Shown in pieces: positions 36,017 through 49,700 of a DNA stretch of 64,000 nt. The notes beneath the pieces are model-generated. The model saw nothing but the letters and a program-made list of their open reading frames with translations, was not told the origin of the DNA and made no database searches. How positions within the stretch are numbered: the stretch's first letter is position 1; every line of letters begins with the position of its first letter. This stretch comes from Balanoglossus misakiensis. Its lineage: Eukaryota > Animalia > Hemichordata. The translations under genes were made by a program, and so were the position numbers. Where the stretch lies: contig CM082594.2 in NCBI GenBank assembly GCA_040954595.2, positions 5,751,319 through 5,815,318 of the forward strand, read 5' to 3'.

Positions 36017-39000
36017 AATGATGGGCTGGTGGTTTGGTGGGTGCGTTGTGGAACTTAGCAGATTGAACCTTACGTACTTGATTTGCTTGAGTATGTTTGT
36101 TTGTTTACTGTTTATTGGGGGTTGAGGGGTTAATGGCTTGTTTATGGTTTTCTTCTTTTATATTTTCAACACGGTGTAAACGAGCTGCAAGACCTCTGAA
36201 GTCAAATTCATCCACATAACTCGAACGAACTGCTGCACGCACGTTTAAACGAAAGATTTCTTTGGTAGCGCAACCTGGGCGCTCTAGGTCCAAATGTTCC
36301 AAAGGCCACCGTACACCTGCACAGGACCGACATGAACTGTATAATGTGAATTTCGTTTTAAATACAAGCAAATATTCTGAGAAAAAAACAGACTTCAGAC
36401 CAGCTGATTGCTAAAACGTGATAAAAGCGATAAACACGACTAAGTACTACAACCAGTCACTTTCGCCTCGCACCGAGATTTTACACTCTCATCACAATCG
36501 AAATCCTGCTGTTATCCACCATCGCCATTTACTAGTGCCAAAACACCTGCTCACTCGTCAAGCACAAAGACGTGACAACATCGGAACAGAATACCGTCCG
36601 ATATCCTTAACAACCAAATGACAATGAATAAATCATGCAGGCCGCCATATTGGGAAACACCGTTCGTGCTGACATTGTAGGGGTGGGAGAAGGTTTCTAG
36701 AGTAGATCAAGCAGTATTTCAATTGTCGCTGTCTTTAACGATGAATATGGAAGACGACATATCCCCCGAGTTTCATGTACGCAATCGAATCAGAAGTGTC
36801 CAGAACGAATCTCGATATAACTCTGAGCTCCACCCTATGTCCTGTAGCCGCTGGCCCTGCCGAGAGAATGGTTTGTCCGAAATATTATTAATTATAAATC
36901 ACTGATTTCCACTGGCACTGCAGAAAAAAACACGAGAAAGTGTGGTGGGTCATATCGTCTGCTCGGTGTAAATATGTTGTCTTCAAATCAGAAATCGGCG
37001 GTGGAATAGTCTCCTACAGTCAAAATGTGATAGCGTTCCGACAGAACCAAGATATTTATAAGAAAGTTGCCAAACAAAAATGATCATATATATTGAGTTC
37101 AGTTCAGTTTTGATATTGCATGGTAGCGGGAACTCTGTCAGCGACATCATTCCATGGTCTTCTGCGATTATACCCAGTTTCTGGCGAGAAAATACGACAA
37201 GATAAGGACACTTCGAAGATTTGCTCCTTTTTATTCCTTCTTCTGAAACTGTCATTCCGAGGGGCCGGGTCCGTACGTTTGTCATGGCATAAAACTGAAG
37301 GTAAGTGTATCGCCCTGTTGTATAGCCAGCTTTTTCGCCGAGTCTAGACATCATATGTAGTTCTCGTCTTTTTCAGGCCGTTGCTCTTCGCCTGTTCTGT
37401 TTATAGATTTGTCATGACATCAGTCTAACGTTGGATAGGGGCTGTGGAAACGCCAGAGAAAAATGACGAGAAGATTGCCTAAAAAAATAAAAGAGAACAT
37501 TTAGTGCATCTTGTCTTCAAAGTAAAACCTTTTTCATGTATCCCAGAAAAAAAACGTCTATTTCCTATGGGAGTTCCTCAATTATAAGTATCTCGCAAAA
37601 ATCACCCTTCATTGAGAAAACTAATGAGATTTTTTTACAAATGCGATCTGGCTTACAGAATTAGAGGCCGTTCTTTTCACCGTGACAAGCTCTTGACCTC
37701 AAACTGTTTTCGAGGAGCCCATCTAATTATAGAAAGGTCAGACTTCAACACGATTACTTTCCACCCGTTTCATAAAATCTCACGATAGGTAACGCGGTTA
37801 CATGTACTTCATGTAATACCAGTAATACCCTTTGTTGAAATGATACATGTCTTTTTGCAAGGCCAGTTCAGGGAGACAAAAAACGTGCCATTATGTTTTT
37901 ATCATGTTTGTATGACATGTTATTTGTCTTATTCCGATTAATGGAAAGTTGGTCGTTAACTGTCTCCCCGTATATGTATTAGCACAGAAAAATTTGCATG
38001 CATGAAATGACTTCTGGTACGTACCAAAAATTATGTCGTCGGGTTATTTACATATAGGTTGAAATCGCGGAGCTGGAATAATGAAGGTAAATCTGAATAT
38101 TACCTAACATTTGGCCTGATGATTAAGCACTTATTATGAATTAACGTCGGAAATTGGCGAAAATTTGTGAAGAAAGTCAACGTCACCGCCGAGAAAGTTA
38201 AAAATAAACAAGAATTTGAAGCAAAGCACCGGACGCGTCCATTGCTTCCGGATTCAATACCAGTTACAGATCGTTAATCAACTTTCCTTGGGGCCGATCG
38301 TGGCCGCCATTCATGTCATTGTAGTCACTGCATTTCACCTGTCGTCTAGGGGATCCCGTTCAGCGCTCCGCCCGCCATTTAAAAGCGGCAATTTCCTGCG
38401 GCGTACTTAACGGGCGACGAACACCTTTCATCTGTTTAAACGAAGTCCATTCATAATTCACCGTCGTTCCGAACTAAACGAGAACCGGTAATTTTCATTT
38501 AAAAACCCCGTGCAACAGATCGAAAATTTAGCCATGGCTCGGTTAAGATCCCCTACAAGTCTAGAGAAATGTTGAATTTGCGAATTCATCTACGACTGTT
38601 TTGTATCGACCATTCATCATGGAAGTGGATTCATACAGAAATCAACGGACCACTCTTCTCGCCCTCTTGCGTTCCGGAAACATCTGCGAAGACACCTCAA
38701 AGCTTGTTTTCTAATATTCCGTCATGTTTTGTTGGCTGAATGAGCAAAACATTCGATAAAATGTCGCGTCTTGATATAAGCACGTTCATTTCGCAGTCGT
38801 GTTTAACCTGATTGAAGACTCCGACATTTGTGAGTTTGTTCCGACTGTTATCGAAGTTAATGCACTGTCTGGATATTTTTTGTCGATCTGACGTGGGTCT
38901 GCTAAATGTTCTCTGAGGCTGTAAGAGTTTAAGCTTATACTTAAATAGAATATTGTTGCGTGAATGACGGACACAGCGAAATCTCTAGTGGTCTTGATCA

Positions 39001-39118
39001 CTGCACATGTGCGTTTATACATGACTGTTGTTTCTGATAGACTCTGTAAATCATAGAATACTATCATTTTTTCTCCCTCTCAGAATATATAGAGGCTCCA
39101 GCTATACCCGATGTTGCC

Positions 39119-40495
39119 ATGTCAACAGTGGAAGAAAACCCGGACGCGAAATCGACGGACAAGAACCGGGACTTGCTGAGTAAGCAGTCGCGGGAAATCC
39201 TTCACATCAAGGCCAATATACTCGAGAACGAATTGGAAAAGAAGCGGCAGATACTCGACGACAAATTTCTGGCGGAGAAGGACAGACTGCAGCAGAGATG
39301 CCGCGAGATCTCGCAGGATCTTTACCAGCTGAGGCTCGAGAAGGCCAGGGCCGCGGAGAACGCCAAGCTCATGGAAGACACGGACAAGGCCGGGCAGAAG
39401 CGGGTGTGCCGCCGACGGAAGAAGTTCCAGACGATCAGCCGGGAGGAGCAGGAGAAGAGGAGGCAGGAGGAGATCCGGAAGCGGGTGAAGGAGAGGTTGC
39501 CGAGATCCATCCGGAAGTACGTGAACCGGATGCTGCGGCACCGGCGACAGACCTACGGGATCACCAGCCCCGCCCTGTCGTCGTCGAGCAGCTCCAGCGA
39601 CGAGAGCGGCGACGAGGGGTTCGGTTTTCGGCGGACCCCGTTCATGGGCAAGAACGCGTCCAAGCAGCGGCTGAAGCACAGGCAGATATCGCCGGTGCCG
39701 GCCCGCCTTTTGAAGATCCCCAAAAGCATCGAGCGCCGCCCGCCCCTCGCGATAACCGCCGGCGATGCCAAGGCGGGCGGGGTCGCGGGTGGTGGTTCGA
39801 CGGCCGCCGGACAAGAGGTGATTCGGCGGCTTCCGCACGGCAGCCTGCAGCGGTCGAACCGTTGGTGCACCTCGACAGAGCGGACGGTGACCTACGACTT
39901 GGTGCCGGGTATCCACGTGTCGACCAGTCGACAGAAGGAAGACAGCCAGAGAATCTACAACATCTACAACGAGAAGCTCACCATCGAATCAAGGAAGTCC
40001 TACAAACACGCGATACAGAACCCCCCGCTCGGCTGGCCGCTGGGTCGGCCGACCACCAACGACAGCAACCTGGTCGTCCACCAGAGAGAGCGACCCCCGC
40101 GGCCGATCCGGCAACGGAGCGCGCCCATCGCGCGCGTGAAGTCCAAGATACGTCCCCAACAACTGGCGGCAACTAGCAACTCCTCGTCGGACGAGAGTTT
40201 TCCGGATGATGCGAGCAGTGAGAGCGAGTATAGAGTCGAGCTGAGCACGATGCTCACGTTGCCTCGTATCACCGTGACAACCCCCGCCACCCGCGGATCT
40301 AGAATCAGCGCCGATCACCACCACCTGAGCAGCAGCGGCGGACAGCCGTACCGAAAGCGATCGCTGCAACCCTCCAGGCTTCTCCAAAACCCACCGAACA
40401 CGCCCGACATTTTACCCAACTACGCTCTCGAAGAATGTCGTTACCTGAGGATCTCACCGCTGGCGAACTGCAATAACGAATTAAACATTTGTTGA
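39119..40495 (+). CDS. Uncharacterised 458-aa basic protein with an N-terminal coiled coil and C-terminal CRYLR motif
   Basis: gccATG context and an acceptor tttttctccctctcag at 39083. High-GC3 ORF ending ...YALEECRYLRISPL... Confidence 0.85.
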   Translation: MSTVEENPDAKSTDKNRDLLSKQSREILHIKANILENELEKKRQILDDKFLAEKDRLQQRCREISQDLYQLRLEKARAAENAKLMEDTDKAGQKRVCRRRKKFQTISREEQEKRRQEEIRKRVKERLPRSIRKYVNRMLRHRRQTYGITSPALSSSSSSSDESGDEGFGFRRTPFMGKNASKQRLKHRQISPVPARLLKIPKSIERRPPLAITAGDAKAGGVAGGGSTAAGQEVIRRLPHGSLQRSNRWCTSTERTVTYDLVPGIHVSTSRQKEDSQRIYNIYNEKLTIESRKSYKHAIQNPPLGWPLGRPTTNDSNLVVHQRERPPRPIRQRSAPIARVKSKIRPQQLAATSNSSSDESFPDDASSESEYRVELSTMLTLPRITVTTPATRGSRISADHHHLSSSGGQPYRKRSLQPSRLLQNPPNTPDILPNYALEECRYLRISPLANCNNELNIC

Positions 40496-43400
40496 TACAT
40501 GTCTTCCCCAGGTTGATATTGAGTATTGGTACAATTGCATGATTTACAAAAAAACTTAATTATCGACAACCGACGACAGGGCAAGTTTAAAATAAGAAAA
40601 ACGTGATTTAAGGACAAATCGAACAAACCAAATTATCACAGTCCCCTCAGCAAGAGTTTAATGATAACCACCTGTCGAGTCCAAGTGTAAAGTGCACGTC
40701 GTTAGCCGACCAAGAGGGTGACTAAAACGTTACTTATCGTTAAGTGGGCGAGGAGTTTCCGCAAGAATGGTTGAAATCAAAGATCTGGAGACAAGGTTTC
40801 TTCTCCTCGTCTGCAATTGAATTAGTTAGGCCTAACAACTTACAGGAGCAGCCGTTGTGTCGCTGTTGTGAACAAAAGTGAATTATTTCAGGTTTTCGAT
40901 GGAGAAGCTCTCGAGGCCTCTTGGGATTAAAGCCTCATGGTCATAGAGACTGGACACGATGAAGGAGGCCATCGAAAAGTATATATAAAATACATGTACA
41001 TTGTATATACATTCAAACGTCTAAGTTTTGAACAGATGTGACGACGTTGACACTGCAGGGTCAACGAGAGAATCTGGGAAGCGGACATGGTCGAAGTTAT
41101 TATTAGTTTCTTCAAGGAACACAATCGGACACACCCTAAATATAAAACAGCAACATTAATACCGGGTACGTAGCGTAGATACGGGCCTCGTTGCTGAATA
41201 CGCCTTGGTCTATGCACATTCATCAATGGTCATTCTCCGATTCGGCACTACATGTACAAGTATGCACTATGTGTATGAAATTGTCATGAATATAATAATT
41301 ATTTATGTGACATTTAAACTGTGACATTTTGTACCATTGCCATAAAAGGCAACACTACTTGTTTCAATGCACATCTCCCTTCATCTTATGGTGTTACGGG
41401 TGACTGACTATTAAGCAAATATGAATTATTTGTGCCTGGAATTATTAACATATCACATTTGAGACGAGGTTCCGGTAGACAGTGTCTCGTCAATCACAAA
41501 ATATGTCATATCACGTCAGTGTTGTTTACATGTGAAAATACACGCACTACGAACTTGTGATGAGATATTAACACGTCTTCAGTTTCTTGAAATTTTCTCA
41601 CTGCAAAGACTTATATTTGAACTATTCTTCTGTTGTATATTCTCTGAATACTTCAACTTCAAAATTTGTGACAACACTTTGAATTTAAGTGAAATAAAGT
41701 TCACACAACGAAAGCATCAAACAACAGTCAGATTGCCTGTTTCAATGTTATAATGGAGCATGTGAATGCAATGCTATGCACAGTGACATCAGTGAGTGTA
41801 TGATATTAAATGATATCATAAATATGCAAATCACATGTTTTAGTTTATTCAATGCATATTATCTTATGCATATTCTAAACCACTCATGCCATTGGTCTAT
41901 TTCACATGAAAAAAATCGAAAAGAAAATCTACACAATACTGATATACCGGTAATGTAAGAGTGTACTTTATTGTAGTGATAATATATCCTTCCAAAATAT
42001 ACAAATAAGTTGATAATAATGTATCAGACCAAGTCAAATGTCTATGAAAATCCACTTACACAATCAGTGATATAAAACAACAATGCAGATATTTCTACAA
42101 TGACTAAACTCAGTTTTTGTGATATCGAAGACACTGATATTGCCATACTTCCAACAGAGAGGGCGCTCTCGATTTTTGTGATTACTCAGTCCGGGTAATA
42201 GTAGGATTGACCAATCAGCGATCACCATTGCGATACGTCATGAAAATGGCGTCACCCGCGCCGATCACCATTTGCACCAAAACTTCTTCGTGATTTTCGG
42301 TGAATTTTGACCTTTTCTTCGAAGTATTCGGCAGTTTGGCTGCGTAAAAAACATCAACGTGATCTGCCTCTGAGAAAATGGCGACTAACATGAGCGGTAA
42401 GTGAATAAGTCTGACGATTTTTTCATTGAAAGAAATATATACACATACTGCCCTTGAAATGTGCACCTGTGTGACAATGCCATGTATATAGCCCTCCCTC
42501 GCATCGAAATGGGGCGCGAGACATCTGGCAGTAAGAGCACACATAACATAAATTACAAGTAAAAAAAAAACGATTAGAATTTACAATAGATTTATATACA
42601 ATGCCTCATACTTCCCTCCAAAATGTATCATTGTGTTCAAATAACAATTTATCCGGTGTGTTTCATATTTGAGACTCAGTCACAACCCTTGTTTGCCCGT
42701 AAATAAAATTCATCCATTCACACAAAGTGTATTCTATATTTTTTCAGTTCATAAAAAGATCATGTTGATGCCCTTATAGTTAAGATAAAATATAGTAGTA
42801 GTATTTTTTTATGTAAAAAGAAGTTGGACGGTAAAAATGTGTTACAAAACTGTTTCTGATGAAAACGACGGATTCATATGATAAAACGTTTTTGGAATGT
42901 CAAAGAGAAGCCTCTGGTGGTGTTACTGTACCTGGAACTGTTTAACCCAAAGGTATATCAACCTGTGATTAGGGAGTATAGGACAAAGGTCAGTAAAATA
43001 GATAACCAGCTTATTGCACTTTTATTTTTATAAAGTGAAGGTCTGTCTGATATCACTGCAGATGAGACGAGTCTGCTCATTGGCTAAATGCTAGGATATC
43101 TTCTGCTCAATCTATGTTTCACCCAATGACATCAGAGCTTACGATGTGTGTTAGTATGTGCAATATCATAAGCGCTCTTTAGCTTTCATGTGTACCCTGT
43201 TACCATATACAAACAGTTAAAATTAAACTTTTACAGAAAATTAATTCAGAAAATCAAAAAGTCCTTTGTACTTTTGTAAAAAATAGACCCCGGAATAGAA
43301 TTCCACCATGACATGAATAGAAGTCTACAGTATATAGCAGTATCTAAAATAAACATGAGGTTATAAAACAATCTATAATCTATTTTTACAGTCCACAACT

Positions 43401-43772
43401 GAAGGTGAAAAGAAGTCTACAATCTCTCTGACTGTAGATCTGTGATATATTTATATAAACTGACATACAACATATTTTAAAACTGTCTATAAACTTATTG
43501 TATTTGATAGAAAACAACAATCAATCGCAAAACGTACAAAAAACATCTAAATTTCATTCACCGGACAGTATATACACACAAGTCACAATATTGTGTACGC
43601 ATCATCTATGTTATAAAAGTCGACAAATACTGGGATTTTTTGTTACCAACATTGTAAATATCTGTGTCAGGAGTAAGTACGGAATATAATACAAATGTAT
43701 GGAAGTGTTTTTTTTCCTGATTCCTGGTGGTGGTGGTTCCTGGGCAGGTGGTGTTTTGTGATCTGTAGGTGT

Positions 43773-46700
43773 TTACATAATGGTACAGGCTGCTGATTTG
43801 GGCGGTCCCTCTCCACCTGAAAAGTTATCAAAGACATATCCATATAAGCATCTAGGGTATTTTGGTCCAAAAGCGTCAATATTTTGACACTGTGGTATTT
43901 TATCAAATGTGAATTTTTTCATCAAAATAAAGATAACTGTTAACAGTTATGACTTAAAATGCCCCGGTGAACAAATGTCAAGCAACCTAAAGGCACATTG
44001 TGTCCTAACCTCTGGTGACCTATGACATCATTCAGATGGTGTTTACAATGTACCCCTGAGCTAGATGCAAACGGTTAAAGGTTATTGACCCTGGTGTTAT
44101 TAAATAATGAAAACAAATTACACAAACGGGGGATGTCATGTGCAGTTGGTTAACACAAAAATTTGATTTGTGGAGATTATAGGCAGTGTCACACGGTCAC
44201 AACGGAAAGGAGCTTTCGGATCGAGCTCCTTCCCCTGCCTACCTTTCCTTTTCTGTTTTCTCTTAGCTTTATTTTTAGCCTTCTTTGGCTTTTTGGGGGC
44301 CTGGCCCTGAGGGCTGTTTAGCGAACAGCACGATTCTGAAGTGGAGCTTACAGAAGACAAACTTGACAGTGAGGACATGCTGCTCACTGACAAGCGAAGC
44401 GCAGGCTGGCCACCTAGAAAAATAGCAGGGTCAGTACGTACAATGTACCACGGATATCAAACACAAATTGAAGGATGATGCTTCAGACCCTACTGTAGCA
44501 ATTCTTGCATGCATACGTGCTAAAACACGTCCGAGGGGGGCCTGTCTATGCTTTACCTTGCTGGGGAGCCTTACTCCGGCCCTGCCTATCCTGGACCGGT
44601 TGTCGGGTGTTGGCACCCTCAGCTTGGGTCCGATTCGCCCCGATCGCATGCACCGAGGCACCGGTCTGCTGCCCTGCGTCTTTCCTAGCAATCTCTCGCT
44701 CGCTAACTCCTGACTCTCCTGTGTCCCTAGCTAACTTTTCGTCGATCGCTTGTTTGATTCTGATCATGTTTACGGAGGAGGATGCAGCCAGAGATGGCAG
44801 AGACATGATGGTGGATAGACTAGACACTGACGATAGTGACAGAGGTGAAGGGGGAGATTGTTGACCTGGCAAGTAAGAAAGACACAATTTAACCCTCGCA
44901 CTGTTATAAGGTGGTCCGGCCCTATTGTTTAAAGTGGCTTGGTTGGACCCATTTTCCAGAAAATGGAGGGAATGGTGTGGGAGGGGGTGGAAATTGAAAG
45001 AATGTGCCATGGGGTGTTCTTAGACTGTCTTAGACTGCTCAGAATCAGATTTTGTACTTTGCCCTGTCTATTATATCTTTGGAACTACATTAAGCTGCAG
45101 ATAAAGGCTTTTCACGTTGTCTTTTTTTCTTACACCTTAATGAACTTGTGGAAAAAGACGACAGGGAACACTGCCATGCTCTGAACGACAATCAAGTCAG
45201 TTGGCATAAAAATATATCAAATTCATTATGTCTTGTCTCAATTTCAGCAAATGACAATCCAAATGACTTACTCAGGTCCCCAGCTCCATCATCTTTGGGA
45301 ATCTTCTTGATGGCAGCCTCGGCTATTTTGGGATGCTGTGCGTGTAACACTTGCTGCACGATTTGGGTGTGTATCCTGGCTTTGTTGCTCTTCTCAGCTG
45401 TCTCCACCATCTTCTTGAACTGACCCTGTCGACACGCAAAGGAACGGGGGAAGATTTGGCCGGTGAGTGCATGTACAGTGATTTGAATTGCCAACTACGC
45501 CACATATTAAACATATACAATAGTAACATGTACAGAACACCAGTACATGCAATATGTACATGTGTATATGAACAGTAGTGTTAATTTTGCTAACACCGGG
45601 CCCACCCATATTAGCCCAGTGTTTAATACCTAAATTGGTCAGTCCGATACAGTATACTATGCTGGTTAGAATGTGAAATTTGACAGCCAGAAATGCAAAA
45701 GAGACTGCTTTAAAGCCATTTAAAAGATATGTTATCTGGCTATTCCACATATTGAATACTTACAATTTTGGTCTCAAGTCTTTCTTGTCGTTTCTTGAGA
45801 GTTGCAATTTGGAACACATAGAATGTTTTGTTTGTATCTACAGTCTGAAAGGGGAAAAAAAGAAACATTGTTATTATCAGGTTCTAGGATGGTTCCCCCC
45901 TGGAAGTTAACCCACTATGCACTTACCCTGACCCTATAGCCCTGGCATGTGGGTGGGAAATGTCTGAATGGGGAAATGTCCAGGGGGTGTCTAGCTTGAT
46001 ACCCAGTGGGGAATATACATGTACCTTCCATAGGCTAAAAATTCATGCATGCATGGACAGACTAGTGATGAAGACTGTGTGGGCACAGACAAATTTTCCA
46101 GACACTCACCCTCTCCCCGGCATTTCCGGCTATTCCGGAGCCCTGCGCCAAGGCGCGCGACATCATCATCTCCTTGGTGCTCTTCTTGCCCTTCTTGTCG
46201 CTGCTGGCCTTCTGCTTGCCCCACACCTGCACCATCAGCACGCCGTTGGACAGGTAGTCCACCAGCTGCGAGGTGGCCGGGTTGAAGCTGAAGTTCTTCT
46301 TGTGCTTGAACTCCGGGTTGGAGGTGCCGCTCACCCGCTTGGAGATGGTGGGCTCCGTGTCCAGGTACACTGAGTATTTGCAGAAGATGTCCTGTGGAGG
46401 TCAAGAAACTTGTCATGACTTTTACCCTTTCGCCACCATGGTTTGGCCCAAATCTATTGTTGTCTATGGTAAAGTTGGACCTCTATAGAAGGAACTGGGG
46501 GTGTTAAGAAACTGCACCTTAAAGGGGCATATATTATGCACAGTTGACCCATGGTTTTCCTTTTGTTTCCCCAAAAAACAGTTCCATGCTCAGACAAAAG
46601 GCCTATTGTTTACGTCCACAGAAGTGCCCATGCCAACAATATGGCCCTTTAAAAGCGAAAATGGCTGCTGTGGAATTTAAACTGGACTTTAGTGCCAGGT

Positions 46701-49700
46701 TAATTTTTGCAGCATTTAAGTCCAGAATCCTGTCCAGCAAACTATTTCAAACTTACAGTGTACTTGCTCGGCAATCCCCTAGCTGCATGTATCTTGATGT
46801 TGAAGCTGACCGGGCCACCGACCAACTCCTTGGGATCCTCTACGAAGACGTCGTCAGCCTCGGTGATTTCTTTGCCCTTGGCGTTGCAGGGGACAGCCTC
46901 GATTTCCATCATTCCCATCTCCTTGCCTTTGTAGTCGGTGATCTCCATGGTCTCCTTCAGGTCGATCTGTTTGTTGTGGGGTGTGAACAGGGGTGTGGGG
47001 GTTAACCCAGGGGTGTCAAAGGGCCGGGCAAATCAACAGATGTTGGTAGTATTGGTTGTATCTCGCTCTGGTCAAGATGCGTAGGAATTCTGTCTTTTTG
47101 TCATTTGAGGAAAGACCAAATGTCCTCGTATGATAGAGAATTTCTTGAACATTTTTCAGATGACCACATGACACTTTCTGTGAAAGCTACATGTACATAC
47201 AAGGCTATGTGGACCCAGTGTTCCTTGAATTCAGAAGTATTTATGTGCTGTGTATACACACAACCAAATACGAATGATATACTGTGTCACCTACCAGATA
47301 GGCTAGACTCTGCAGATAGATATTACAGCTTCCAATCTGTACATCCAGGTCTGGTGGTTCCGTGAATGGATCTTTCTCCTGTGTATTCAAGAAAACATCA
47401 ATACATGTATTAAGCCAGTCATACATGGCGAAAGAATGAAATCCTCAGACATTCAGTACCACAATTTTCTCAAGATATATGTAGTGCACATTTTTTGGGG
47501 TGATGAGAGGTGGAATATTCCACTGCAAGGCTAACATAGCACACTCACGTCTGGAAGCTGCCATTCTTCCCCTTCCTGGTAATTCTGGTACATCTCCTGC
47601 ATCATGTACTTCCTGCGGAAAAACTTGTCTCGTGGCCAGGTGTACTCCAGGCCATTGTCCATGTTGCGCATCTTGACGCAGACCTGTCGAAGGAACGGGA
47701 AAACGAAATGTGAAAACAGACACACGCACATTCACAAAAGCAGTACTGACTTTGTGTTTTAAAACTCTTATTTATGAATCTCAACAGAAAACTTCTTAGA
47801 AACATGAACATTACCAATGAGATGAAACCTTATAGCTGTCAATGAACATCATTAAATAATTAAATTATTCCTTTGTTTTTTACATGCATAAGTTTTTTAT
47901 ATTTCTGGAAGATGAGACATTGATGATTGACACATATTGCACCGAGAACACATTCTTTATACAGATTTCATTCCATTTTATTTAAGATTTGTGATAAATT
48001 TTTCCACAAAGCATGCAGTGTTGTAGAAATCTCAGACTAGAGTGTTGTCCTTACAGAACGTACTGGTGGTTTGCAGACTGAACTGATTCAGGGCTGTACC
48101 GGGGTAAGTTAATTTAATTTTTTTTTTACTTTGATAGAAGAAAAGTGATGTGTGTTTGAACATTAGATGTTAAGAATGAATGACTGTACTTTGAGAGATC
48201 AAGATGCAGAGTTACAGAGAATGTTAACGCTTTCACCACCATTGTTTGGAATCACCCCACTGCCTTCAGTGGTGTGGGTGATCCCATTTGCAGGGAGATA
48301 GGGGTGAAAGCGTTGAACTGAGTGTTTTACATAGCAAGGTTTGTCACAAAAGTGTACATTTTGATTTTAATTAACAACCTGTGATCTATTTGTCATTGTT
48401 TCTCCTTTTGATAACTGCAAAAAATTATGTTTAGAAACAAAAAAAGAAGAATAAAAGGCACTATGAGCATATATGCGATTTCCAAGATGCATGCCCATTG
48501 GTTAGTAATCAGTCTAAGATTATGGGAACTTTCAAAGAATAAATTCTTCACAACTACAGTCCATATCCCCAACATGAATCTTCTTCAACAAACTCAGAAA
48601 AAGGTATCTCATAAAAATGACTTTCGGTTCATTTCTCAAAAACTCATAAGTTTTGTCTCATAATATGTCTTCATGAGACAGTAAAGAAAATGTCAATATT
48701 GTTCCCTAAATCAAGCTTTGTACTGTGTTAGTAAGCTTATGCTACTTATTAGTAAAATCAGAGGAATTTATGCAGAGTGTAAAATTAAACATTTGCTTAC
48801 CTCAGTCCTACCAGTGGTCATCCCCCTTGCCTTTGGTGAAATCACGACAATTTCAAATTTGACTTTCTTGTCCAGTTCCTCGCTGATGGCGTTGGCTTCT
48901 TCCACGGCGGGCAACATGTCAACGAGGTCTTCTTGAAGCAACAAGTCCTCTGAAAATAGAAAAGCATTGATGGTGAGTATATTGTTAATTTTGTTGTTTG
49001 GTTATTACTCTGAGAGGTTGGTGGTTACTTGCATATTGGTTAAAGTTGGTTTGTGTGTAAGTTGGTCAGTGTATATGTCGCTACTTATTGCAATGATACT
49101 TGTGGACTGACAGATGGGGACATGGGCAGAGCAGACTTACCATTGGATTTCTTCTCTGTACTCATGTCGAAACCACTGTTCTTGGCGATTTCTTCCTGAG
49201 CCATTTCATAGGTGACCACTTTAGGATAAGCGTTTGGAGAAGCAGCTGCTTGCTTGGGGTGGACAAACACGTACAAGTGGTTGGAACCAAACATCACCCT
49301 AGACAGGAGGAAAAAAATACAGATCTCAAAATGTTAGTTTTTTACTCAAATCACAGTGTATACAAAAGATCAGTTAGGCAGGGGACTACCCAGATGCAAT
49401 TCGTGGTTATCGCATTTCATTTCGAATTTTGGATTTTATACTTGCGTTTATCATTATTTTTTTCAAAACGTTTGTTTCTACCTGTCGTGATGGTCCAGTT
49501 TTTCTTTGCCGGACACCGGTTCTCCGTTGACCAACAGCTTGGCATCCAAGGCCACCCTCTCCAGGAAGTAATTGTCGCCTTCTGTGGTGATGGTGGCATG
49601 GTCTTTCTGTATGCTACGGAAAACAAGGTGTTCAGTATCGTGAGTGATAACTGAGACGATGTCTAGTCATGTCACATCTCTGCGTTTACCATGATTGAAT

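Noticed and set aside
31000-38700. Many short ORFs
   Set aside because: No domain motifs or consistent exon chain; probably intergenic, 5'UTR intron or regulatory DNA.
39122-40387. Long overlapping and antisense ORFs (292 aa, 264 aa; similar ones at 26558 and 30007)
   Set aside because: Expected shadows of GC3-rich coding sequence; no recognisable motifs.
42155-42460. Block with aaaatggcg motifs
   Set aside because: Probably a transposon fragment or YY1-rich element, but no termini or second copy are visible to support a call.
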